Shown: piece after piece, positions 37,832 to 47,465 of the stretch
Layout of the letters: the number at the start of each line of letters is the position of its first letter
Position numbering within the stretch: position 1 is the first letter of the stretch
Source: Balanoglossus misakiensis
Lineage: Eukaryota > Animalia > Hemichordata
Assembly (NCBI GenBank): GCA_040954595.2
Contig: CM082585.2
Span: 1,178,318 to 1,242,317 of the forward strand
DNA length: 64,000 bases
Reading direction: 5' to 3'
Notes under the pieces: model-generated
Databases searched by the model: none
What the model saw: the letters and a program-made list of their open reading frames with translations, nothing else
What the model was told of the DNA's origin: nothing
Made by a program: the position numbers and the translations under genes

Positions 37832-38554
37832 ATAAGTCTAAACAAGACTCTCATGACTGTGACAGCAATTTAATTCCTAAATTGAACCATAGAGTCAAAA
37901 GTGCAGGTACGGAGTGTAATATCAATGACTTTTATACATTGATGGGCATCACAGATCAGGCAGTGCACAAGTGTGATCGCTCTGTACAAACTGACATGGA
38001 GATTGATATTTCAAGAAGCCTGTCAATGTGCAACCCGGAGGTTTTGCGGGATGCTATTGTTAACCCTAGTAGTATTTCTGAACCAGTGCTTTCGATTGAC
38101 GAGCCAGTAACATGTACCATTGCCAATGTTGCCTCTGAACACACAGGTTGTTTTGATACCTCTGTTAGCAGGGATAATGTTGACAAATACCTTTGTAAAA
38201 CTCATACAGTTGATTTGATAGAACCTGATATTGAGACTGATCTTGACAAGCAAATCCCTATTGAATCACTAGCCCATACCGTCGGTGATACCACTGAATT
38301 TGCATGTGAGATTAGCGCTCATGGTTCATCTGACGGTATGATCAGTGATGACCACGATGTCTTTGTTAGTGACATGTTTACTGTGGAAAATGTTCCAAAT
38401 ATGGGGCCTCCCAACCCCACCCTTGTTGATCACAGTGTTCCAGACACTTATCCACTGGGCAATGATATGCAGTATTCTGAGTTATCAGATACTCCCGTGG
38501 GCGGGGATGTCTGTCCCCCGTCGTCATGGCCACAAGCGTCACCCCCTGATTTAA
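37087..38554 (+). repeat. 734-bp internal tandem duplication in copy 2 (same duplication in copy 3 at 42744-44211)
   Basis: Junction GATTTAA|AGCAGAGG at 37820/37821. ORF-track fragments repeat at an offset of 734 (37222 vs 37956). Confidence 0.95.
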
Positions 38555-40221
38555 CAGAAGTTATAACCGTTCATGACATAGTTGTTGAATCAGGTTTACC
38601 AAATTCTCAATTTTGCAGAATACCCGTTTCATCAAATCTTCAAATCCCAATTTGGCGAGCCGAATTGCAGCAATATGATGACAAAATCATCTGCGATTAC
38701 CTACAATATGGTTGGCCCGTCTACTATACAGCCTCAGAATTGCCATACTCTACAGTGAAAAACCACCCATCAGCTATAAATTACTCGGCGCATGTCGACA
38801 ACTGGATCATTAACGAAGTCGCAGCCGGGGCTACAGCGGGTCCGTTCTTAACTAACCCCCTTGCCACACCACTCAGTACTTCCCCCATTCAGACTGTCGA
38901 AAAAAAAGATAGTGTTAATCGGCGTATAGTCTTTGATCTTAGTTCCCCAATCCACCATTCAGTAAATGACGGTATCCCCAAAGGGGAATATCTTGGGGAG
39001 AGTTTTCAGCTTCAATATCCTTCCATTGATGATTTCACTGCAATGATGACCCGTAAGGGCAGGGGATGCCTCCTATTTAAGCGCGATTTAAGCAGAGCTT
39101 ATCGGCAAATACCAGTCGATCCAGCGGACTACCATTTGCTGGGCTACACGTGGCGTAATTTATTGTTCTTTGACCTTACATTGCCATTTGGCTTGCGAAC
39201 CGCAGCGCTAGCCTGCCAGCGCACCACTAATGCGGTTTCTTATATCTATTCCACGAAAGGGTATGACTGTGTTAATTACCTTGACGACTTCGGTGGTGCA
39301 GAGACCTCCAACAAAGCCCACAAGGCATTTGCGGAGCTAGGTGACACGCTGGATAGACTGGGTTTGCAAGAAGCCAAACACAAAGCGGTGCCCCCGTCAT
39401 CAATCATGACTTTTCTTGGAATCCAGTTGAACTCCCTTACAATGACTATGGAAGTTACTCCTGACCGGCTTAATGAAATAGAGCAAGAGCTGGGTGTATG
39501 GGTCACTAAAACAAAAGCAACTAAGCGCGAGCTGCAATCACTCATAGGCAAGCTTTCCTTTATTGCCAAATGTGTCAAGCCTGGTAGGCTATTCCTGGCG
39601 AGAATGCTAGATGTGTTGCGTACCGTCACCCGCAATCACTACCATATCTATCTAAACAGTGATTTCAAGGCAGATCTACGGTGGTGGATTAATTTCATTA
39701 GGGTTTATAATGGGGTGTCTCTCATTAAAGAGTCAGGTTGGTGCCCGCCAGATGAAATATTTTCTTCGGATGCATGCCCAACAGGGGGAGGGGGGCTTTG
39801 CGACAACGAGTATTTCCACGTGGAGTTCCCTGACTTTGTAAAGGTTGGGGACCCTCACATTAATGCCCTCGAATTACTCACTATTACTATAGCGGCAAAA
39901 ATTTGGGGTGATAGATGGTCTGGAAAGAAAATACAGGTCTCTTGCGACAACCAGGCAACAGTTTGGGTCATTAATACCGGTAGAGCTAGGGATAAACTAA
40001 TGCTGTCTTGCTTGAGGGAATTATGGCTGGTAGCAGCGATTCACGAGTTTGAGCTACGTGCTGTGCACATCGCAGGCACCGAGAACCGGCTGGCTGATGC
40101 GCTCAGTCGCTGGCATCTTGACCCAAGTTATGAGCAACTCTTCAAATCATCTGTTAATATTTCTCAAATGACCGAGCACCCAGTCGCCGAGGATGACATT
40201 CGCTTTCTCAATGAGTGGTGA
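37882..40221 (+). CDS. RT-RNase H frame, copy 2 (disconnected from gag)
   Basis: Same RT and RNase H motifs as copy 1. The track start is a TTG and the frame is offset from gag by the duplication. Confidence 0.8.
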   Translation: MNHRVKSAGTECNINDFYTLMGITDQAVHKCDRSVQTDMEIDISRSLSMCNPEVLRDAIVNPSSISEPVLSIDEPVTCTIANVASEHTGCFDTSVSRDNVDKYLCKTHTVDLIEPDIETDLDKQIPIESLAHTVGDTTEFACEISAHGSSDGMISDDHDVFVSDMFTVENVPNMGPPNPTLVDHSVPDTYPLGNDMQYSELSDTPVGGDVCPPSSWPQASPPDLTEVITVHDIVVESGLPNSQFCRIPVSSNLQIPIWRAELQQYDDKIICDYLQYGWPVYYTASELPYSTVKNHPSAINYSAHVDNWIINEVAAGATAGPFLTNPLATPLSTSPIQTVEKKDSVNRRIVFDLSSPIHHSVNDGIPKGEYLGESFQLQYPSIDDFTAMMTRKGRGCLLFKRDLSRAYRQIPVDPADYHLLGYTWRNLLFFDLTLPFGLRTAALACQRTTNAVSYIYSTKGYDCVNYLDDFGGAETSNKAHKAFAELGDTLDRLGLQEAKHKAVPPSSIMTFLGIQLNSLTMTMEVTPDRLNEIEQELGVWVTKTKATKRELQSLIGKLSFIAKCVKPGRLFLARMLDVLRTVTRNHYHIYLNSDFKADLRWWINFIRVYNGVSLIKESGWCPPDEIFSSDACPTGGGGLCDNEYFHVEFPDFVKVGDPHINALELLTITIAAKIWGDRWSGKKIQVSCDNQATVWVINTGRARDKLMLSCLRELWLVAAIHEFELRAVHIAGTENRLADALSRWHLDPSYEQLFKSSVNISQMTEHPVAEDDIRFLNEW

Positions 40222-41240
40222 CTGATTTTATTTTTATTTCAGATCACTGCCAAACTATCCAAGCCTTAGACGCTCAAATCGCTATCTCAATGAGGTCAGC
40301 ATTAGCGGAAGGAACTCGTCGGAATTTGTCGTCACAGTTGAAGAGTTACTTCCTGTTTTGTCAGTTTTTCAATTTTACTCCTGTTCCAGCATCTGTTCTT
40401 ACAGTGTGTAGATTTATCCAGTTTCTTGCAAGATCAGTAACTGCTACTGGCACCATTCAGAATTATTTGTACGCAATTCGTACCTTGCATAGAATCCATG
40501 GCTTCACGCCATTGGCCGCTGATCAGTATGTTGTCAAATTACTTTTGAAATGTCTTTCCCGTAGCACTTTCCAGCCGGTGAGGCAGAAATTACCCATCAC
40601 CCCCCAGTTGTTGCTACAGTTTTTCGGGCTTCTAGATGTGGCTGTTCCATTCGATGTTACTTTGTGGGCATGCCTTTTGATAGGGTTTTTCTCCTTTTTT
40701 CGCAAGTCAAATCTTGTTCCGAAGTCTGCAACCGACTTTGATCCGGCTAAACACCTCTGTAGGGGTAAAGTCATTTCCTCAGATTCTGGCCTTATAATCG
40801 GCGTGACTTGGTCAAAAACCATTCAGTTTCGCGAACGCTGTTTGACTATTCCACTTGCCCGCATTCCAGGTTCGGTGTTGTGCCCTTTACAGGCATACAA
40901 TCACATGTGTGAGATCATCCCAGCCCCACCCTCTAGCCCAGCATTTGTTTTTCCCAAATGTGGCAAATTGGTCCCCTTGACCCATTCAGGGCTGGTGAAA
41001 AGTATCAAATGTTTAGTTCAGAGGGCAGGCTTTCCTGCTGACATGTACTCGGGTCACAGCCTCCGTCGTGGGGGTGCAACCTTTGCATTCGAAAGTGGGG
41101 TCCCTGGGGAGCTTATCAAACTCCAAGGGGATTGGCAATCCAGCGCGTATCTCCGTTATCTTAACATTCCATTTCAGACTCGTTATCTGGTGTCCTTTCA
41201 AATGGGTCAGCATATTAAAGACATCTCCGCGTCACACTGA
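40215..41240 (+). CDS. Tyrosine recombinase, copy 2 (intact; probable spliced 3' exon from 40243)
   Basis: Catalytic set R (FFRKSNL), K (WSKT), HxxR (GHSLRRGGA), W (GDW), Y (AYLRY); N-terminal helical core-binding region. Confidence 0.93.
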   Translation: MVTDFIFISDHCQTIQALDAQIAISMRSALAEGTRRNLSSQLKSYFLFCQFFNFTPVPASVLTVCRFIQFLARSVTATGTIQNYLYAIRTLHRIHGFTPLAADQYVVKLLLKCLSRSTFQPVRQKLPITPQLLLQFFGLLDVAVPFDVTLWACLLIGFFSFFRKSNLVPKSATDFDPAKHLCRGKVISSDSGLIIGVTWSKTIQFRERCLTIPLARIPGSVLCPLQAYNHMCEIIPAPPSSPAFVFPKCGKLVPLTHSGLVKSIKCLVQRAGFPADMYSGHSLRRGGATFAFESGVPGELIKLQGDWQSSAYLRYLNIPFQTRYLVSFQMGQHIKDISASH

Positions 41241-41571
41241 TTTTACTGTGGCACTAGCAGAGAGGCGGACCGGGTTTGGCAGTGGTTGGGCCTGCAAGAG
41301 CCCCCAGTTCACGTAAATAAATAATGGCTCTTGCCTTCAGCTGCCAAACCTGTGTCCTTGGTTTGTGTGTTAGAGAGATCTCAAGTAATTTAGGTAACAT
41401 TGCGATCAACGGCATAATGTTACCCAATTAAGCAACTCGAAAAGGGGCGCCCTCAACCTCAAACGAGCCTCAAAAATCCCATAATCCATCACTCACGGCC
41501 ACTTCAAGGGTTCGGAGCGTGTCCTGCAGTGCACGCTCTCTCTGCCTCAATTTCAATTTCTCACCGTTATT

Positions 41572-43488
41572 ATGGAGAACGCTGAACAACAGCTGCTGGA
41601 TTTGGGAATAGAGCCCAGTCCAGTCGCCAAAAAGGGACCTGCAACTCGCAGTAAGACTACGACAAGAGCATCGACCGGTCGAAAAGTTCGCGTGGTCCCC
41701 CCCACCAAACTTTCCAAAGTACCAATGGCGTCAGCTCGTTCGAAAGGCGGGAAATGTAGCAAACCTGTCAAGGAAGAAGACACTTCATCTGACGGGGAAG
41801 ATGTGAGGTCAGAGAAAGAGAAGTTGCAGGCGGAGATAGCGAGACTGCAGGAGCAATCTGAAGTAGACAATTTAAGAAAACAACTAAAAGAAATGAAACT
41901 GGAGAAGGAACGACGCAGCCCGCCAGCTGCTTCGAGCGGAAGTCCCAGAAGTCACGACCTGAGTCAACTCACGCTACCCGATCTCAAGAGGATGGCGAAA
42001 GAAGACTCACAATTGCAGTGGTCGTTACCATCAGGCAGTCCGTGGCTACCAGCGACAGGGGCCGCTGGCGGCGGTGAAGACCTCCAACCGAACCAACTCC
42101 TGGCACAGTCCGGTTTATACACAGCAGCGCAGAGCAAAGCAGGTAACGTACCAATGAAATCGATGCGGTTCAACACCAGAACCGATCGTGTGCGACAGCA
42201 CGTCCTATGGCCGCACATGTTCGTCAGGGCTCGGACATTCTCGGGCGCCCCACCAAAATTCGATGATATGTCAATGGCGGAATTTGTGGAAGGTAATCTC
42301 GCGATAGTGCAACTTCCTACTTTGAGTGACACAGAGAAACAGCAGCGATTACAACACTTACAGTCGCTTATGAAAGACGCCAATTTGTTCCCCTGGGACG
42401 CCATCTTGAAGTTCGAGGGCGCGCTCCTCTCTGACATGGAGTCAGGACTCAGAACATGGGCAAATGACACCGCAGATCTGAGAGAGCTATATTTGCTGCC
42501 GCGTATCGGCGAGATCAGACGGGATAAAACAGCGGACAAATCCAAAAAGAAGGATCAGATTAATGTATGTTTCAAATACCAAAGTAACAAGTGCGAGAAG
42601 GAGGATTGCGCATTCAAACACATATGTGAAGCCTGCATGAAGTTGCGTAACAACCTGGCCAAGCATCCCAAGATTGCCAGCCCCTGGAAGGATAAGGCCT
42701 TTAGAGAGCAAGAGAGCAACAAGTTGACCGATAGTTCTGGCAAAGCAGAGGTAGATAAGTCTAAACAAGACTCTCATGACTGTGACAGCAATTTAATTCC
42801 TAAATTGAACCATAGAGTCAAAAGTGCAGGCACGGAGTGTAATATCAATGACTTTTATACATTGATGGGCATCACAGATCAGGCAGTGCACAAGTGTGAT
42901 CGCTCTGTACAAACTGACATGGAGATTGATATTTCAAGAAGCCTGTCAATGTGCAACCCGGAGGTTTTGCGGGATGCTATTGTTAACCCTAGTAGTATTT
43001 CTGAACCAGTGCTTTCGATTGACGAGCCAGTAACATGTACCATTGCCAATGTTGCCTCTGAACACACAGGTTGTTTTGATACCTCTGTTAGCAGGGATAA
43101 TGTTGACAAATACCTTTGTAAAACTCATACAGTTGATTTGATAGAACCTGATATTGAGACTGATCTTGACAAGCAAATCCCTATTGAATCACTAGCCCAT
43201 ACCGTCGGTGATACCACTGAATTTGCATGTGAGATTAGCGCTCATGGTTCATCTGACGGTATGATCAGTGATGACCACGATGTCTTTGTTAGTGATATGT
43301 TTACTGTGGAAAATGTTCCAAATATGGGGCCTCCCAACCCCACCCTTGTTGATCACAGTGTTCCAGACACTTATCCACTGGGCAATGATATGCAGTATTC
43401 TGAGTTATCAGATACTCCCGTGGGCGGGGATGTCTGTCCCCCGTCGTCATGGCCACAAGCGTCACCCCTTGATTTAAAGCAGAGGTAG
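41572..43488 (+). CDS. Gag plus linker, copy 3, truncated by the internal duplication
   Basis: Same as copy 2, offset 5657 bp. Confidence 0.85.
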   Translation: MENAEQQLLDLGIEPSPVAKKGPATRSKTTTRASTGRKVRVVPPTKLSKVPMASARSKGGKCSKPVKEEDTSSDGEDVRSEKEKLQAEIARLQEQSEVDNLRKQLKEMKLEKERRSPPAASSGSPRSHDLSQLTLPDLKRMAKEDSQLQWSLPSGSPWLPATGAAGGGEDLQPNQLLAQSGLYTAAQSKAGNVPMKSMRFNTRTDRVRQHVLWPHMFVRARTFSGAPPKFDDMSMAEFVEGNLAIVQLPTLSDTEKQQRLQHLQSLMKDANLFPWDAILKFEGALLSDMESGLRTWANDTADLRELYLLPRIGEIRRDKTADKSKKKDQINVCFKYQSNKCEKEDCAFKHICEACMKLRNNLAKHPKIASPWKDKAFREQESNKLTDSSGKAEVDKSKQDSHDCDSNLIPKLNHRVKSAGTECNINDFYTLMGITDQAVHKCDRSVQTDMEIDISRSLSMCNPEVLRDAIVNPSSISEPVLSIDEPVTCTIANVASEHTGCFDTSVSRDNVDKYLCKTHTVDLIEPDIETDLDKQIPIESLAHTVGDTTEFACEISAHGSSDGMISDDHDVFVSDMFTVENVPNMGPPNPTLVDHSVPDTYPLGNDMQYSELSDTPVGGDVCPPSSWPQASPLDLKQR

Positions 43489-43538
43489 ATAAGTCTAAAC
43501 AAGACTCTCATGACTGTGACAGCAATTTAATTCCTAAA

Positions 43539-45878
43539 TTGAACCATAGAGTCAAAAGTGCAGGCACGGAGTGTAATATCAATGACTTTTATACATTGAT
43601 GGGCATCACAGATCAGGCAGTGCACAAGTGTGATCGCTCTGTACAAACTGACATGGAGATTGATATTTCAAGAAGCCTGTCAATGTGCAACCCGGAGGTT
43701 TTGCGGGATGCTATTGTTAACCCTAGTAGTATTTCTGAACCAGTGCTTTCGATTGACGAGCCAGTAACATGTACCATTGCCAATGTTGCCTCTGAACACA
43801 CAGGTTGTTTTGATACCTCTGTTAGCAGGGATAATGTTGACAAATACCTTTGTAAAACTCATACAGTTGATTTGATAGAACCTGATATTGAGACTGATCT
43901 TGACAAGCAAATCCCTATTGAATCACTAGCCCATACCGTCGGTGATACCACTGAATTTGCATGTGAGATTAGCGCTCATGGTTCATCTGACGGTATGATC
44001 AGTGATGACCACGATGTCTTTGTTAGTGATATGTTTACTGTGGAAAATGTTCCAAATATGGGGCCTCCCAACCCCACCCTTGTTGATCACAGTGTTCCAG
44101 ACACTTATCCACTGGGCAATGATATGCAGTATTCTGAGTTATCAGATACTCCCGTGGGCGGGGATGTCTGTCCCCCGTCGTCATGGCCACAAGCGTCACC
44201 CCCTGATTTAACAGAAGTTATAACCGTTCATGACATAGTTGTTGAATCAGGTTTACCAAATTCTCAATTTTGCAGAATACCCGTTTCATCAAATCTTCAA
44301 ATCCCAATTTGGCGAGCCGAATTGCAGCAATATGATGACAAAATCATCTGCGATTACCTACAATATGGTTGGCCCGTCTACTATACAGCCTCAGAATTGC
44401 CATACTCTACAGTGAAAAACCACCCATCAGCTATAAATTACTCGGCGCATGTCGACAACTGGATCATTAACGAAGTCGCAGCCGGGGCTACAGCGGGTCC
44501 GTTCTTAACTAACCCCCTTGCCACACCACTCAGTACTTCCCCCATTCAGACTGTCGAAAAAAAAGATAGTGTTAATCGGCGTATAGTCTTTGATCTTAGT
44601 TCCCCAATCCACCATTCAGTAAATGACGGTATCCCCAAAGGGGAATATCTTGGGGAGAGTTTTCAGCTTCAATATCCTTCCATTGATGATTTCACTGCAA
44701 TGATGACCCGTAAGGGCAGGGGATGCCTCCTATTTAAGCGCGATTTAAGCAGAGCTTATCGGCAAATACCAGTCGATCCAGCGGACTACCATTTGCTGGG
44801 CTACACGTGGCGTAATTTATTGTTCTTTGACCTTACATTGCCATTTGGCTTGCGAACCGCAGCGCTAGCCTGCCAGCGCACCACTAATGCGGTTTCTTAT
44901 ATCTATTCCACGAAAGGGTATGACTGTGTTAATTACCTTGACGACTTCGGTGGTGCAGAGACCTCCAACAAAGCCCACAAGGCATTTGCGGAGCTAGGTG
45001 ACACGCTGGATAGACTGGGTTTGCAAGAAGCCAAACACAAAGCGGTGCCCCCGTCATCAATCATGACTTTTCTTGGAATCCAGTTGAACTCCCTTACAAT
45101 GACTATGGAAGTTACTCCTGACCGGCTTAATGAAATAGAGCAAGAGCTGGGTGTATGGGTCACTAAAACAAAAGCAACTAAGCGCGAGCTGCAATCACTC
45201 ATAGGCAAGCTTTCCTTTATTGCCAAATGTGTCAAGCCTGGTAGGCTATTCCTGGCGAGAATGCTAGATGTGTTGCGTACCGTCACCCGCAATCACTACC
45301 ATATCTATCTAAACAGTGATTTCAAGGCAGATCTACGGTGGTGGATTAATTTCATTAGGGTTTATAATGGGGTGTCTCTCATTAAAGAGTCAGGTTGGTG
45401 CCCGCCAGATGAAATATTTTCTTCGGATGCATGCCCAAAAGGGGGAGGGGGGCTTTGCGACAACGAGTATTTCCACGTGGAGTTCCCTGACTTTGTAAAG
45501 GTTGGGGACCCTCACATTAATGCCCTCGAATTACTCACTATTACTATAGCGGCAAAAATTTGGGGTGATAGATGGTCTGGAAAGAAAATACAGGTCTCTT
45601 GCGACAACCAGGCAACAGTTTGGGTCATTAATACCGGTAGAGCTAGGGATAAACTAATGCTGTCTTGCTTGAGGGAATTATGGCTGGTAGCAGCGATTCA
45701 CGAGTTTGAGCTACGTGCTGTGCACATCGCAGGCACCGAGAACCGGCTGGCTGATGCGCTCAGTCGCTGGCATCTTGACCCAAGTTATGAGCAACTCTTC
45801 AAATCATCTGTTAATATTTCTCAAATGACCGAGCACCCAGTCGCCGAGGATGACATTCGCTTTCTCAATGAGTGGTGA
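43539..45878 (+). CDS. RT-RNase H frame, copy 3 (disconnected from gag)
   Basis: Same as copy 2, with DACPK in place of DACPT. Confidence 0.8.
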   Translation: MNHRVKSAGTECNINDFYTLMGITDQAVHKCDRSVQTDMEIDISRSLSMCNPEVLRDAIVNPSSISEPVLSIDEPVTCTIANVASEHTGCFDTSVSRDNVDKYLCKTHTVDLIEPDIETDLDKQIPIESLAHTVGDTTEFACEISAHGSSDGMISDDHDVFVSDMFTVENVPNMGPPNPTLVDHSVPDTYPLGNDMQYSELSDTPVGGDVCPPSSWPQASPPDLTEVITVHDIVVESGLPNSQFCRIPVSSNLQIPIWRAELQQYDDKIICDYLQYGWPVYYTASELPYSTVKNHPSAINYSAHVDNWIINEVAAGATAGPFLTNPLATPLSTSPIQTVEKKDSVNRRIVFDLSSPIHHSVNDGIPKGEYLGESFQLQYPSIDDFTAMMTRKGRGCLLFKRDLSRAYRQIPVDPADYHLLGYTWRNLLFFDLTLPFGLRTAALACQRTTNAVSYIYSTKGYDCVNYLDDFGGAETSNKAHKAFAELGDTLDRLGLQEAKHKAVPPSSIMTFLGIQLNSLTMTMEVTPDRLNEIEQELGVWVTKTKATKRELQSLIGKLSFIAKCVKPGRLFLARMLDVLRTVTRNHYHIYLNSDFKADLRWWINFIRVYNGVSLIKESGWCPPDEIFSSDACPKGGGGLCDNEYFHVEFPDFVKVGDPHINALELLTITIAAKIWGDRWSGKKIQVSCDNQATVWVINTGRARDKLMLSCLRELWLVAAIHEFELRAVHIAGTENRLADALSRWHLDPSYEQLFKSSVNISQMTEHPVAEDDIRFLNEW

Positions 45879-46897
45879 CTGATTTTATTTTTATTTCAGA
45901 TCACTGCCAAACTATCCAAGCCTTAGACGCTCAAATCGCTATCTCAATGAGGTCAGCATTAGCGGAAGGAACTCGTCGGAATTTGTCGTCACAGTTGAAG
46001 AGTTACTTCCTGTTTTGTCAGTTTTTCAATTTTACTCCTGTTCCAGCATCTGTTCTTACAGTGTGTAGATTTATCCAGTTTCTTGCAAGATCAGTAACTG
46101 CTACTGGCACCATTCAGAATTATTTGTACGCAATTCGTACCTTGCATAGAATCCATGGCTTCACGCCATTGGCCGCTGATCAGTATGTTGTCAAATTACT
46201 TTTGAAATGTCTTTCCCGTAGCACTTTCCAGCCAGTGAGGCAGAAATTACCCATCACCCCCCAGTTGTTGCTACAGTTTTTCGGGCTTCTAGATGTGGCT
46301 GTTCCATTCGATGTTACTTTGTGGGCATGCCTTTTGATAGGGTTTTTCTCCTTTTTTCGCAAGTCAAATCTTGTTCCGAAGTCTGCAACCGACTTTGATC
46401 CGGCTAAACACCTCTGTAGGGGTAAAGTCATTTCCTCAGATTCTGGCCTTATAATCGGCGTGACTTGGTCAAAAACCATTCAGTTTCGCGAACGCTGTTT
46501 GACTATTCCACTTGCCCACATTCCAGGTTCGGTGTTGTGCCCTTTACAGGCATACAATCACATGTGTGAGATCATCCCAGCCCCACCCTCTAGCCCAGCA
46601 TTTGTTTTTCCCAAATGTGGCAAATTGGTCCCCTTGACCCATTCAGGGCTGGTGAAAAGTATCAAATGTTTAGTTCAGAGGGCAGGCTTTCCTGCTGACA
46701 TGTACTCAGGTCACAGCCTCCGTCGTGGGGGTGCAACCTTTGCATTCGAAAGTGGGGTCCCTGGGGAGCTTATCAAACTCCAAGGGGATTGGCAATCCAG
46801 CGCGTATCTCCGTTATCTTAACATTCCATTTCAGACTCGTTATCTGGTGTCCTTTCAAATGGGTCAGCATCTTAAAGACATCTCCGCGTCACACTGA
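45872..46897 (+). CDS. Tyrosine recombinase, copy 3 (intact; probable spliced 3' exon from 45900)
   Basis: All YR catalytic motifs present; two residue changes versus copy 2. Confidence 0.93.
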   Translation: MVTDFIFISDHCQTIQALDAQIAISMRSALAEGTRRNLSSQLKSYFLFCQFFNFTPVPASVLTVCRFIQFLARSVTATGTIQNYLYAIRTLHRIHGFTPLAADQYVVKLLLKCLSRSTFQPVRQKLPITPQLLLQFFGLLDVAVPFDVTLWACLLIGFFSFFRKSNLVPKSATDFDPAKHLCRGKVISSDSGLIIGVTWSKTIQFRERCLTIPLAHIPGSVLCPLQAYNHMCEIIPAPPSSPAFVFPKCGKLVPLTHSGLVKSIKCLVQRAGFPADMYSGHSLRRGGATFAFESGVPGELIKLQGDWQSSAYLRYLNIPFQTRYLVSFQMGQHLKDISASH

Positions 46898-47465
46898 TTT
46901 TACTGTGGCACTAGCAGAGAGGCGGACCGGGTTTGGCAGTGGTTGGGCCTGCAAGAGCCCCCAGTTCACGTAAATAAATAATGGCTCTTGCCTTCAGCTG
47001 CCAAACCTGTGTCCTTGGTTTGTGTGTTAGAGAGATCTCAAGTAATTTAGGTAACATTGCGATCAACGGCATAATGTTACCCAATTAAGCAACTCGAAAA
47101 GGGGCGCCCTCAACCTCAAACGAGCCTCAAAAATCCCATAATCCATCACTCACGACCACTTCAAGGGTTCTGAGCGTGTCCTGCAATGCTCGCTCTCTCT
47201 GCCTCAATTTCCCCACCCGCCCGCCCTCAACAAATAAGATGTGTATTTGCAGATTTACAGTGGTTCTCTGGTCAATACTGTACTTCACGATTGTAACCTT
47301 TTTCATCCATGTATTTTGCAATGGTCCTTTCATCATTGCGAGTTGTTATTCCCAGTTGTGTTGGGCCTGCAAGAGCACCCAGTTCACGTAAATAAATAAT
47401 GGCTCTTGCCTTCAGCTGCCAAACCTGTGTCCTTGTTTTGTGTGTTAGAGAGATCTCAAATAATT

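Larger units (their letters stand above)
30818..47465 (+). mobile_element. Tandem trimer of an Ngaro-type (DIRS order) tyrosine-recombinase retrotransposon: A-body-B-A-body-B-A-body-B-A-spacer-B
   Basis: Gag zinc knuckle, RT, RNase H and YR ORFs, with split direct repeats A (164 bp) and B (106 bp). Units: 30818-35733 (4916 bp), 35734-41390 and 41391-47047 (5657 bp each). The flanks rejoin to an intact satellite variant TCATG|GGGGAAAATCAT with no TSD. Confidence 0.93.

Noticed and set aside
31391-46479. Antisense and alternative-frame ORFs within the Ngaro copies
   Set aside because: Shadow ORFs with no motifs, repeated only because the element is repeated.
1-47047. Similar periods of the satellite duplication (5639) and the Ngaro unit (5657)
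   Set aside because: There is no sequence relationship and other satellite offsets differ; treated as coincidence.
30818-47465. LTR retrotransposon or prophage-type integrase cassette
   Set aside because: No DDE integrase, protease, TG..CA ends or TSD. Split direct repeats with RT, RNase H and YR indicate Ngaro.
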